Shown here one piece after another: positions 35,776 to 47,711 of a DNA stretch of 64,000 bases. The first letter of the stretch is position 1, and the number at the start of each line of letters is the position of its first letter. The position numbers were made by a program, and so were the translations under genes. The notes under the pieces were generated by a model. The model made no database searches and had not been told where the DNA came from. It was given only the letters and a program-made list of their open reading frames with translations. The DNA comes from Macrostomum hystrix (taxonomy: Eukaryota; Animalia; Platyhelminthes): NCBI GenBank assembly GCA_950097015.1, contig CATNEN010000003.1:9052001-9116000 (forward strand), read 5' to 3'.

Positions 35776-36186
35776 TTTGGTCCGAGATAAAGATTATATA
35801 CCAAATTATACGCTCGTAGTAAATTTTTGTTAACAAAGTATAAAATAATTATTACGAGCTATATTAGTTCTTATAATAGTGCTAGTAGAGGCGAAAACGC
35901 TAGACCACTCAGCCTCACAACTCTAGGCAAGCAGAAAACCAATTAAATATTCTTTGCGTGTGAATATTTTCCCGCAACTGCAGTTATCTAAGACTGGCTT
36001 CAAATTCCTAATTTTTCCAGGAAAAAAAATCGCAGCCAATAGAAAAACGATGCAGTACTACGCACGGCTCTTAATGAGGCTTTTTAAATTTGCTAGACGG
36101 CTATATAATAAGCAAGTTGCTTCCTGACAGAATAACTATCGGCAAATATATATATTCAAAATTCTGACAGGCCATCTGGTGAGGCC

Positions 36187-37739
36187 ATGAGGCTTCTAAA
36201 GTCAATCGGAAATTTTCTAGTAGCTTGTATTCTAGCTTGTTGTCTTTATCAGTCCGCTGTTTCAGGTAAAAATTGCGTACAGCATCTTGCCTTACCTAGA
36301 ACTGAATATTCAAATTATGCTCACACCCTGTTTTTTAATTATAGGCTACGAACTGTTCACCGTTGGCAAGAACAAGTCGGCCAAGATGTCCACAAAGGAA
36401 TCAGCGAGCGGAGATCCAATTCTAGGCAACGATGGCAAGATCGTCGGACCTCCTGGCGCAGTCATCCTGCACACAGCTTATGGCGATAGGACGCCCTGGT
36501 GGATGGTGGACATGCAGCAGTCGTACATCATCCACGGGGCTCGGGTGTGGAATCGGCTCGACGGTCCGTGCGCAGAGCGGTTCAGCCAGATCAGGTTCGG
36601 TGAGTGCGCTCAAACCGCCTTCCGCCTCCAGAGAATAGCTTCAACATCAGCAGGGCCATCAGTTGCCCGGTGGCTTTTCGTAAAAAATAATATCAGGTCT
36701 GAAAACATCCGAGAGGTCCGTGTTTGGGCCGGTGTAGGTGAGCAGCTGCCCTGAGTAAAGGCTGGGCATTTGCAAATGAAATGCTCCGCATTCTCTACAT
36801 CAAAGTGGTAGAAAGTGTTTTCCCCGCTGCGATATTTCAGGTATAGCGATGCCTGGCCAAACAGCCATGGCCATAGAAGGTGGTTGAGCGTGTCTAACGT
36901 CGCGTTTAAGTCTGACGCATTTGCCCTCTCGCACCAAGGTCTCTGAGCTCGATTCCGCGGCGAGGCCACATTTATTAGGGGCGCAGCCGCGGAGAGAAGG
37001 CTTGGGGGCTTGTGCGCAATAAGAGTGCACTCTCGCTGACGAGAAAGTCAAGGAATATGTGCATACCTGTGTGAGTATGCGTACAGTAAATGTGTGCCGT
37101 GCGTGCTCAGCGAAGTGGGCAGAATGACCTCATACTGTCACCAAATAATGTTCCCTCTCCCACAGCCCTTATTGGTATTATTATCGTAACTGCAGGAGTA
37201 ACCAGAACTTCGTCTGTGTGGACAAGCTTCAACAAAGACCTGTTCGAGCTCTGCTACGACTACACCAACGTGCCCACCGCTGCGGACAACCCGATCAACA
37301 TCACCTGTACTCGTCCAGTTCTTGGAAGGTACCTGTCCTTATACAAGAACGCTATGGGAATGCCGGTCGGTTCTAGCTATCTTCATTTTCTGGAGATGGA
37401 CATTCTGGCCAGTAAGTATTTTACTATTTTCCTGGTGAAAGAATTCGGTCAGGAAATGGTGACTCACATTTTCCAGTCTCGAAGAGATCTTCCAGCTACA
37501 TGACTGAGATACAGCCCAGCTTCTCAGCCTCATCTAGCAGCCTCCTGAGCGAATGGTCCGGCCAGAAGCGATCGCAGTCCGAGTGTCTGATCCAGTGCTC
37601 GCTACTGCCTGACTGTCTGTTTGCTCTGGTGAAGTCGGACAGTCGCGACTGCTGGCTGTTCGGGTCGGCAATCATCCCGACCGCCTTCAGCAGCAGCTAC
37701 AATAGTGACGGCGCTAGGTTTCTGGTCATCAGTGGCTAA
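36187..37739 (+). CDS. Secreted F-type lectin (fucolectin/F5-8C) domain + C-terminal PAN/apple-like domain protein, paralog 1
   Basis: Exons 36187-36265 (signal peptide), 36345-36599 (GNDG..LHT..PWWMVDM..VWNRLD..ERF), 37196-37411 (ITC..PVLGRYLSLY..LHFLEMDI) and 37477-37739 (ECLIQC..DC..DCWLF); all introns phase 1; TATA-like TATATAA near 36102. Confidence 0.85.
36880..37125. mobile_element. SINE family A pieces (tRNA-like head on +, body on -) in lectin intron 2
   Basis: GCATTTGCCCTCTCGCACCAAGGTCTCTGAGCTCGATTCC head, then the GCAGCCGCGGAGAGAAGGCTTGGGGG..GAGAAAGTCA body. Confidence 0.6.
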
Positions 37740-39598
37740 AGTCAGTCCAGCCTAGCGAGAGTTTTATTGCTGAATGAACCAACAATTAATAGATTACGCT
37801 CGTACACGAAAGTCCGTAGTAAGGATCACTAGGAAAACTACATTTCTTAGAAAAAGTTTTGGAGGCTCGATTCGATTCAAAATGAGAAGTTTTCCTTTGA
37901 AATGCTTATATTTACATACATATTTGCTTTGACAGAAAGTCAAGTCAATCTACAACGGCACGAAGCCACGTAAAGTTAAGAAGGACATTTGCAAGCAGAA
38001 TAATAAAATTCTCGTCTACAATATACTTGCTAGTTTGCTGTCCCAACAAACAATTGACAGCCCGATGCCAGCTATATGTTTGCAAATTTACAAAAGCTAT
38101 AAAACGTTAGAAATTTCCCCACTGTTGTATAAAGTATGCATGAAGGCGAAACGTTACGCATAGTGATGCGAAACGGTAGTAAAATGCCAGATAATTGGCA
38201 CTGCATTGGAATGCACATGTAATGTCTGTACTTTTGTCTGCAGCTTTTAGTACACAAGCTTGTAGACACTTATCAGTAATAGGAATGTGTGAACATCAAA
38301 ACACACAGTTGCAAATATTAGCTTTGCTGCTCAGCTTATCTTTGCTTTTTGTGTTTTGTATTAAACAAACAAATCTTTAGTTTTAGCTTCACAAAGCAAT
38401 AGAGTACAGTAGAACAATAGAATTGCTTTTAGTTAAACTTATTAAGTGACAACCTTATCGGGGCAAGTGAGTGAGCTAGAAGTCCCGAGTTCTAAGGAAA
38501 CATTTTGTGTCCTGGATTGAGCAAGACACTACAAATTCTCAGATGCTTTAGCTCACACATTTGAGAATGGGTAAAATGGGCGCCGTCATATTTAGGGATA
38601 GCAAGTTTCGTAAGTCCTAACCAAAATACTCGTAGGACCCACTAATGGGGCCATAATTCAATGGACAGTGTACACCTGTACACAGCTTAAAGTTAATCGC
38701 GCAACAGCTGCAGCTGAGCTAACTGCAGATGTACGAGTGTACATCTGACGCAACAGAGCCTAAATTTAATTGCAATTCTTAAAGGATTTTTAAAGTTATT
38801 TTTTACGCTGTGTTCCGCTGCTCTAGATTTTCCAAACCCGTTTGTTTAAATTGAAACATTTTACATAATAATATTTACACGGTAGAAAGTAAAACAAAAT
38901 ATTTATATACAGTATTATTTTTTATGACGGTAAAAAGTAAAACAAAATATTTTTAGCGCATTTTTGATTTTTTAATTTTTACTAATTTTATTATGTAAGA
39001 AATGATAAAACGTATATACAAAAATGAAAACCTTTAAAACACACTACCACAAATACATACTTATTGGTTAAAAAATTAGTTTTTTAATCAATCAGTTTCT
39101 TTATTCACTCAGTCAGCTCAGTCAGTCAGAAAGTCTCACAGATCGAATCACAAGCTTTAATTTGACACCATTTTTTCTTTTGAAATAAAGGCCAAACTGT
39201 ATTTGTAACTAAGGCATTAAACATTTATAACAATGACATCAACTATAGCAATTATCTAGATTAGCGAGAATAGGTCTACTGTATGCTGAATTTTACAGGA
39301 TCGACCAATTATCCGAGAGAGATCGAGAAACTTTCTGATCAAACAACTGAACAATCTCTGATGGATTTTTTATCTGTAGGAACTGCTAAAAACGAAAGCT
39401 AATTTCTCAGCAAACAAGCTATCCGTGCTTCTAGACAAACTGTGGCCTAATGGATTAGTTGGACTCGGAATGTCCGGTACCTTTGCATTGTGTGGGTGGA
39501 ATTCCGCCAAGCCAAACACTCACAGGATGGGCAGGATGTGGAAAGCAAACTCTATACGCTGATTTGGTCTACAAAACCAGTCAGTTATCCACAGCTAA

Positions 39599-41610
39599 AT
39601 GTTTGCGATCGGGAGCAGAATGACTGCGAATGAGATAAGCAAAAACAAGAACTTCCTGGTGGACAGAACTCGATGGCTGGCCTTTGTCCGCTGCATGTCC
39701 GAGGACAACGCGGACGAGCTTCTCCGGTTCCGCGACTCTCTCGGACGCTCCAACTGGGCCGGCTTCCTTACAAGCTCGGACTTTCAGGGGGCTCGAGCTC
39801 GCGACCACCCCGACTGGAGCGAGCCGGAGGAGAGCGGCGATGAGCTGCCGTTCCCCACGAGCCCGTTCTTCGTGGCCATGTTCTACAACGCGCAGCGGTG
39901 CCTGCGACTCATGCACGAGGCCGAGGCAGGCGAGGACGGCGTGGACTTTGCGCAGCTCAGGGAGCGAGGCTTCACGGCCTACCACATGCTGCTGAGCGCC
40001 ATTCGCTTCATGTCCGACAGGCGGGAGGAGCAGCGGACGGACCTCAGCACAGGACGCGACCTCGTGGAGCTCTTCCACCGCTGCCTGTTCAGCAGACGGC
40101 AGCAGGCGGAGATGCTGCAGGTCAGCAGCCAAGGCATGACACCCATGAGCTGGGGCGTGTACCTGGGACTGGCTGGTCACGTTGAGTACATCATGCTGCA
40201 CTACTTGGCCAGCAGCGACTTGCACTCGGACTCGGAGGGCATTCGAGAGCGCGTGAGTGTGGACGTGACCGACTGCTTCGGCGACAACCTGGCCTTCTTC
40301 ACTAGCCCGATCTGCGTTCTGCTCGACGTGTACAGTCAGTCCACGCTGGCTGAGCTGAAGGCGGCTGGCGTGTTTCGCAACGGCTTCCTGTGGAGGCGCT
40401 GGGTCGAGGCGCTGTACAACCGCAACCGCAGGCTCATCCGGGTCATTATCGCAATGATTTTCGCTTTGACCTTGTCTATCATTGTGTACACAGGTTGCGA
40501 TGCAAAAGAACATTTTCAGAATCAGTGCTTCAGACAAACAAAGCAGCAGCCATCTTCAACGGGCTACATCAGCATATTAGCTTTCTGCGCACTTGGGACT
40601 CTGTCTGGCCTTGTATTCGCTTCTATTGGCTTGATGCGGAAAGAGATCTACCGGTAGGTCCACGGCACTAAGCTTCCAGTTCTTGAACTCTGAATGCTGC
40701 AACAGGTGCATGCAAATTACAGAACTGTTTCTTACATTTTTGCAGGAGGAAGGTTGGTTTCCCGAATGGCCCACGAAGGAGCTACCTGGACCTGCTGCCG
40801 TGGCTCCTGCCATGTGCCCAGATTTTGTTAACTGCCGTCTTTCTCATCTGGCTTCACGCCGATCTTGATCGCACCTGCGGACTGCTTAATGAGCTGGTCT
40901 ATCCTGCGCAAGGCTGCTGCGCAAAGATCCTCTTACTGACGTTTTTAAGCTTCATCGCTTGGTTCATGCGCCTTCTACCCGGAGTCGGCACCATGATGAG
41001 CGCCTTCCACCGCAGCCTCATTAACTTCGTGACGTTCATGGCGTTCTACCTGATTCTCACCGGCATCTTTGCACGCATGATCCAGGGCAGCAGTCACCTG
41101 TGGAACCCGACCAACTCCACCACAAACGGCGAAATGCTCGTCGAATACCTGAAGACCTTCTACACAACCTTCCAGGTGTCGTTGAACATTGTGGACACGA
41201 GTGTGTACGTGCCGAATTCAGATAGAATCGACCTCCTGATCACGCACATGACCTACGTGCTGTTCGTGCCCGTGCTGTTCATCAACTTTGTGGTCGGAGT
41301 TCTGTCCTCCGCTGTGAACCACGTGATTGAGCACGATGTCGAGAACAGGTACCTGATCATGCTGCACTTGGCGGAGATGCTTGAGCGGGACTACTTCTGG
41401 ATGAGAAGTGTGCTCAACAAGTTGTTTGGCAGGTGGATGGGCAAGCCGCGCCGAATTCGGATTGGCGGCTACCTGCCGATCTCTGCCGACTGTCGGCTGC
41501 TCTCAGACCAGGGCCCGCATTGGAACTGTCAGGTGCCTGGTCAAGCCGGTGCGTGCAATGGCAACCAGCAATGCCCTGCTGACAGAAGTGATCTGCCTAA
41601 GGTGGATTAG
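39599..41610 (+). CDS. Divergent TRPV-like cation channel (639 aa)
   Basis: Exons 39599-40653 and 40746-41610 (phase-2 GT-AG intron). Degenerate ankyrin-like motifs (SPFFVAMFYN, GFTAYHMLL, QGMTPMSWG); six hydrophobic segments; S4-S5 WFMRLLPGVGTM; pore FYTTFQVSLNIVD; S6 YVLFVPVLFINFVVGVLSSAVNHV; AATAAA near 41648. Confidence 0.8.
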
Positions 41611-41714
41611 CTAACAATTAGCTAATTACCAAATAATTAGAACGTCAATAAACTCATACCTGTTTTACAAATAATGCTTGCTTTATTATTCTCAAAAGTT
41701 TATTCCGTACCCAA

Positions 41715-44700
41715 TGTTGCCTCGCACTCTCAAGACAAGCATAAAGCACGGATATCATGACAAATCAACGGAAAATCTTAGTTTAGTAAGCTGTCTCGCA
41801 TTTGCCGTCAACTGAGTTTATTGTTTCGTTACGAAAAAAAGCGGACGCTTCAAACTTCAATAAGAAAGATGTATGTCGCTTATAAACTGATTGGGGTGGG
41901 TGAGAAAGTGGGGAGGGGTGACACGGCAGGCATGACAATTGGCGAAGCCTTCTAAACATTCCCCCCTTCCTGACATAAGATGTCAGCAACAAGCGAAGCA
42001 GAACCCTAAAAGCAGAAGAAAACAGAAATCACACAATTCGAAAAGGCAGTTAATTGAACCCACCACCAGAGACAAAATTCAAAGAGTTAATGAAATAGGT
42101 AAACAAAAACAAGGACTACGCTCAAACCCAAATACATCATTCAGTTGTCATAAGAAAGTGTGTAGACAATAAACTGAAAAGTATAATCGCATAAGGCAAT
42201 CATCGCGCTGTTATTATCTCAATCCAAAGCCGAAAATCGCAAAAAATGAGAATCCCACAACAACGGAACACCGAAGCAATTTAGAGCGAAAGTAATGAAA
42301 AGAAAGATAGTGAGATGAGACTGACGTAATAAAACGCTTGAAAATACGTAATGATTGAAAACCTCCACCTATACCATAAAACAAAATTGGAAACCTTCAA
42401 CCACAACTTCAAAAACCGCATGATCTCACAAAACAAAGGCAGAGTAAAAAAAGGAATTTTTTTAATTCGAATGCAAAGCAAGATCTCGCATGACAGATTC
42501 AACGTGTAATAAAGGTAATCCACTAAACAGCCACTTTCAGATACAGGCTCTATCAACTCACTCACTCAGTTCTTGGTGCCTCAATGACACATAACTTAGA
42601 CACAGGCCGCACCAGCACCGACTGACCGACTTGAACCTTGGCCACCCGTACTCGAACGTCTTGGCCGGGGAACACCGAAGCGACCCGTCCGAGCGGCCAG
42701 TGACCTCGCGGCGCATCGGGCTTGACGACCAGCAGGACATCGTTCACTTGAAGGTCTCTCTGTCGGTCAATCCACTTTGACCTTGGCTGCAGACCAGGTA
42801 GCCACTCTCGCATCCATCGTCGCCACACATGCGCTCGGTCTTCGTGAAACTTCTTGATCAATAGCTTCGTAATCCAGTGCTTCCTGGGCAGAATCGCTGG
42901 ATGTCTCGCTTCGAGTGGCAGCTGCTGTCCGAACTTCAGGCGACCATCAACACGCATTACTCCTGACGGATCCTTCACTGGCTGCAGGCACCGTAACTTC
43001 TTGTCAATGTAGCTCTACCGGCTGAATGATTCGTCTTGAGCTAGTTTTACAAGCCGCTCTTCCACATCCTCTAACTCATCCACCGTCAGCTCGCCGCTCA
43101 CTCGCAGCTTTGGCGTCTTTCGGCAGTTTCTCAGGAAGCGCAGCACATAGGCCATAACTCGTTGCAGCCTTCTGAAGTCCGAGAACCGAGATGGCTCCAG
43201 GCGCCATCCTTTGTCTGCGACCGCCACTTCCGCCACATACGTCCGCTCCTGATGCTGCTCACTCGAAGTCATAGCAACCAATCCTTCGCGTTTCTTGGAA
43301 ACCTCAGCTTCAACCGGCATGAGTGGCATTCGGCTCTCCGGCCAACTTTTTTCCCTCTGCACCAGAAACTCTGGTCCATCGAACCAACATCGCAGGTTGG
43401 GCAGCTCGGATGCGCTGCAGCCTCGGGAAACAATGTCGGCTGGATTCAGCTTCGTCGGCACTTCGTGAAATGGAGCTTCGTGAAGCTCCATTTTTCCGCC
43501 ATGAGGGTTCAAGCAGCGCGGCACAGCAACCTGTCGAAGAATCGGAAGCTCACTAATCCATTGGGATGTCTTCTCCGCCAACAATGGATCAATCGGTTCG
43601 TCCCAGTCACATCTTTGCTGCCAAGTCTCTTGCAGCATGATTTTTTCGCGAATGACACATGGAGCTAGGAAGCCACATGGATCGAACACGCACGCGATGC
43701 TGCGCAACAGTTGTCGTTTCGTTGTAATTCTCACGCTACAACCCAATTCGTCAATGGTGACTGACAGAACGTCTTCCTTTGCCCGCCAATTGACACCTAG
43801 GGCCTTGCTAGTTGGTGCCTCGCCTGTCAGTAGCAACTCTGATTGCGAGGCTCGCTCGGACGCCGGAATCTTAGCTAACACTTCTGCTGAGTTCGATCTC
43901 CACTTGCGGGCTCGCATACCAGCTCTTCTCCACAACTCGGACAGCTGCTCAAAAAGTTGAATCGCTTGCGGCACATCCTTTGCTGAATCTAAGCTGTCGT
44001 CCATGTATGTAGAGCGCAGTACAGTGCTCGCGGCCATTGGCAATTCATCCTGACGCCGTGGTGCGTTCTCTTGCGTCACGAACTGAGCTAAGAATGGCGA
44101 GCAGTTTACGCCAAAGACGACGCTGCGAAACTCGTACACCTTCGGCACCGCATCACGATTCGCATGTTGTCCTCGCCAAAGAAACCGGAAGAAGCGCCGG
44201 TCTTCCGGGGCCAAGCTAATTCTCAAATACATTTCCTCGATGTCACAGGACAGAGCCACTGCCTGCTTTCGGAATCTTAGCAGCACGTTGAAGAGGTCGT
44301 TTTGAAGTTTTGGACCCGCGAAGATGGCGTCGTTCAGGCATATTCCATTGCAGCGTGCGGAAGCATCAAAGACGATGCGTATCTTCGTGGTATCTTTGTC
44401 CGCTCGCACCACTGCTAAGTGTGGCAGGTACCACTCGCCCGACACTGGCACAGTACCGTCGACTTCTTCTATGTAGCCTTTCGTCAGATGCCCGTCGAGC
44501 ACCTCCTGGTACGCCTTCGACAGGGCTGGTTCCTTCTGCAGCCGTTTTTCAATGCCGGTCAGATGATGCAACGCCGCGTTCTTGTTGCTAGGCAACGCTG
44601 CCGGATTAGCCTTCCACGGAGTCGCCACCTCATATCGCCCAGCTTCAAACTTTAGGCTCGCCTCAACCATCTGCACTGCTCTGCGTTCTTCTGCCGACAG

Positions 44701-47608
44701 CAACGTTTTTAGAGCTTTCTCCGGCACCTCTTCGATCTCCCAGAACTTCTTTAGCACCTCAGCTACGTCTTCCTCGTGCGCGAAACTGAAGAATGCTTGC
44801 TGACTCTCAGCCATGCTGATCGCCGGCGCGGGATCCATCAGTCCAACACAGGTCCAGCCGATGGGTGTTAATCTTGCGATCGGTTCGCCTGGCAATCCTC
44901 CGACTTCTCGACAGGCGAAGTGCAGATCCGCATGATCAACTCCGATCAACATGTCGACGGCCTGCCTGCCCTCAATCCTGTCGAATGGAATTCCACGCAA
45001 GTGGCTCCACTGCCTAGCAAGACTGCTCCAATCGACTGCTTTCAGGTCACCTGTCACTTTTTCCGTCGTATGCGCCGACACTCTCGCTCGAAACGATCCG
45101 TCCAAGCTTCGGATGCACACCTCCACCGGTGCTGTTTGAAAGGTGCTTACCTGGCCGTTCAATACTTTCACCTTCATCACTTCCATTTTTCCTTCCAGGT
45201 GGAGCTCCGCTGCAACATCCGAGTTCAAGTAGGTACGCGTACTCGCATCGTCAAGTAGTGCATTCACTCGCAGCTCCCGGTCGCCGTTGGACAAAATAAC
45301 TGGCACAGTTCTCAATGAGATCGGCGATGCACCCTGCGCCAACAAAGTACACGACTCCTGCCGCTTACTGTCTTTAACTGCCACCTGACCTGCCGACTTT
45401 TGGGGCTTCTCATTCACACTTGGTCGCCCCCCTTCATGCCTAAATCCCATTGGGGCCTTGCGTGTCTCATGCAGCAACCGATTGTGCTTCGCCTTGCAGT
45501 TGTCCACTCCACAAATCATTCCTCGCCTGCAAGCCCCGCTTAGATGATTTCTTCCTAGACAGCAAAAGCACAACCTTTTCTGCTTCACGACTTCCCATCT
45601 GCCTGGCGTCTCCATTCTTAGAAACTTCTGACACCTCCAAACTGCATGCGGCTCATTGCACAAACAGCAAGCTTTGCGCTCATCATTCTGGTCTCTTCTA
45701 CTGTCATCTGGATTGACATTGCCAAAATGCGTGCGCGCCGAATCTGTCCGACCGTGTCTTGCTCGTGACTGCTGCTCACCACCGACTCCCTTCACAGCTT
45801 CCAAGGCTACTGTCTGGTAATCTGCCTCCGCTAGCAGCCACTCGAGCAGCACACTCAGCGAGTCATTACGCCTTCCTTCTGCGACCCAGCGATGGAATCG
45901 TGCGAGCATGTCTGCTGGCAGCTTCTTTTGCACTCTTAGATAAAGCAGACCGTTACTGTTCAGCTCCACTTCTCTACCTGCCGCCTTCAAATTCACCACC
46001 GTGACATCGAGCAAGTCGGCAAGCTGCTTCAGTCGTGACACACTCTCTGTTTGAATTGGTGGGAAGCCGTCCAGTTCCTCTAGCGCTAACACAAGCCTTC
46101 GCCGCTCTCCGCCATATTCCCGTTCCAGTCTGTCCAACGCAGCTTGATAGGCAAACTCTGAGTAGCCCAGATTCGCAACTAGCTTCAGTGCCTCACCTTG
46201 CAACGACTGTCGCAACTGCAGCAACTTGTAGGCATCCGACGATGGAGACGCGTGCACACAAACTGTCGCTTGTCCCCTGTGAATAGAGGAATGGAGACTC
46301 TCTGCAACTGCCGCCACATATCCTGTCCGATTCTTTCTTCGGTCCAGCCTTTTGATGTACTTTTTGCTGCAGATAGCTCTGAATTCTCAAATGACCTTGG
46401 AGGCGTACCCAAATTTTCTCCTGAGTACATAGCTTGTCCACAGGCCACCTGATTGGCGTGGCTGTTAGATGCGTATACTAACTTGCCGGCCGGGGTTGGC
46501 GTCTGCACTGACTGCTCTCCGGCATTCACTCTCTCACCCCGCTGTTCTGCGCTCATTTCATTTGTCGCTCCCCCCATAAAGGTGCTGACTAAGGGGTGGG
46601 CTGGAGCTTTGGGGTGGGTGCTGGCTAGCGCTGTGGAGTTGGCGGCTTGCACTGCAGACGCGGCCTGCGACTGAATTGACATCTCCACTTGTGGCTGAGA
46701 AGGTAGCAACTGCTCCTTTGCATTCTCCAACACCTCTTCCGCTCTTAGCATCTCTAGCTTCGCGTCTAGCTCTCGTTGCCTCTCTGCAAACTCGCGCTGC
46801 ACTCTGCGCTGCTCCTCTGCAATGTCTGCACGCTGCCTTCTGACCGCCTCCAGTTCTCTCTGACGCATCTCTTTCTGCTCGCTCTCTCTTGACTCCATTC
46901 GCTCCTCTCTATCCCTCTTGTGTAATTCTCTCAGAAAATTGACGATCTCACCATAATCGGCTTCTAGCATTTCCAACTCCTTCACAGTCGGCACTTGCAC
47001 TGGCAGATTCCCAACGGCCTCGGACAGAATCTCCTGCAACACTGCACTCACTCGCTCGTAGTGATCTTCAAGCGTGCTGGCCATTTCTTCGACGTCCGCC
47101 AGAGTAGCTCCGTCCGAGCTCATCAGCCTCAGCAGCCTGTTCCGTTGCTTGGTGAAGCCGCACTTGTCTATGGCCTTCCTGGCCTTCAGTTCGATGAGAC
47201 GGCTGTCTCCCTCAGTCTTATTCGCCTCGTCTTCTGACATTTACGGTGAAGAAATCTAAAAATATTAAGTGTAGAACCACGCTCTGCTACCAATTTATGT
47301 TGCCTCGCACTCTCAAGACAAGCATAAAGCACGGATATCAAGACAAATCAACGGAAAATCTTAGTTTAGTAAGCTGTCTCGCATTTGCGGTCAACTGAGT
47401 TTATTGTTTCGTTACGAAAAAAAAGCATACGCTTCAAACTTCAATAAGAAAGATGTATGTCGCTTATAAACTGATTGGGGTGGGTGAGAAAGTGGGGAGG
47501 GGTGACACGACCAACCTCTCAGGGGTAGAAAGCGTGCAAGGTGAGCATACATGTACAGACTGATCTAAAGTAGAAACAGGCAGGACAATTGGCGAAGCCT
47601 TCTAAACA
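41715..47608 (-). mobile_element. BEL/Pao LTR retrotransposon, defective
   Basis: TG..CA LTRs at 47298-47608 (5') and 41715-41958 (3'); TSD CCCAA at 41710-41714 and 47609-47613; PBS TGGTAGCAGAGCGTGGTT (initiator-Met-like, 47275-47292); PPT GGAAGGGGGGAA (41959-41970). Confidence 0.95.
42562..47240 (-). pseudogene. BEL/Pao gag-pol, disrupted
   Basis: Gag coiled coil and DUF1759-like region frameshifted near 46260; Cys-His knuckles (CCLCNEPH..C, CFCCLGRNH..C); protease ALLDDAS; RT (RIVFDAS, DIEEMY, FGVNCSPF, YMDD); RNase H core missing near 43480; stop at 43015; integrase core missing (HEDRAH joined to VWRRW); C-terminal HWPLGRV..RPVSKLC. Confidence 0.9.
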
Positions 47609-47711
47609 CCCAACACACAACTTTCATATTTCTTAAATTTCACATAGTTAAAACACTTTTTAGTAAAACGAGTTGAGCAGAGCAACTCGAGGGTGTATAG
47701 CCTAGAGGTTT

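Noticed and set aside
39581-40537. 318-aa antisense ORF (also 30932-31522, 28696-29133 and 55952-56329)
   Set aside because: Antisense shadows of GC3-rich real exons with no independent motifs.
41971-42560. env-like ORF in the BEL 3' region (42281-42565)
   Set aside because: Short, low-complexity T-rich sequence with no glycoprotein features; more likely 3' UTR.
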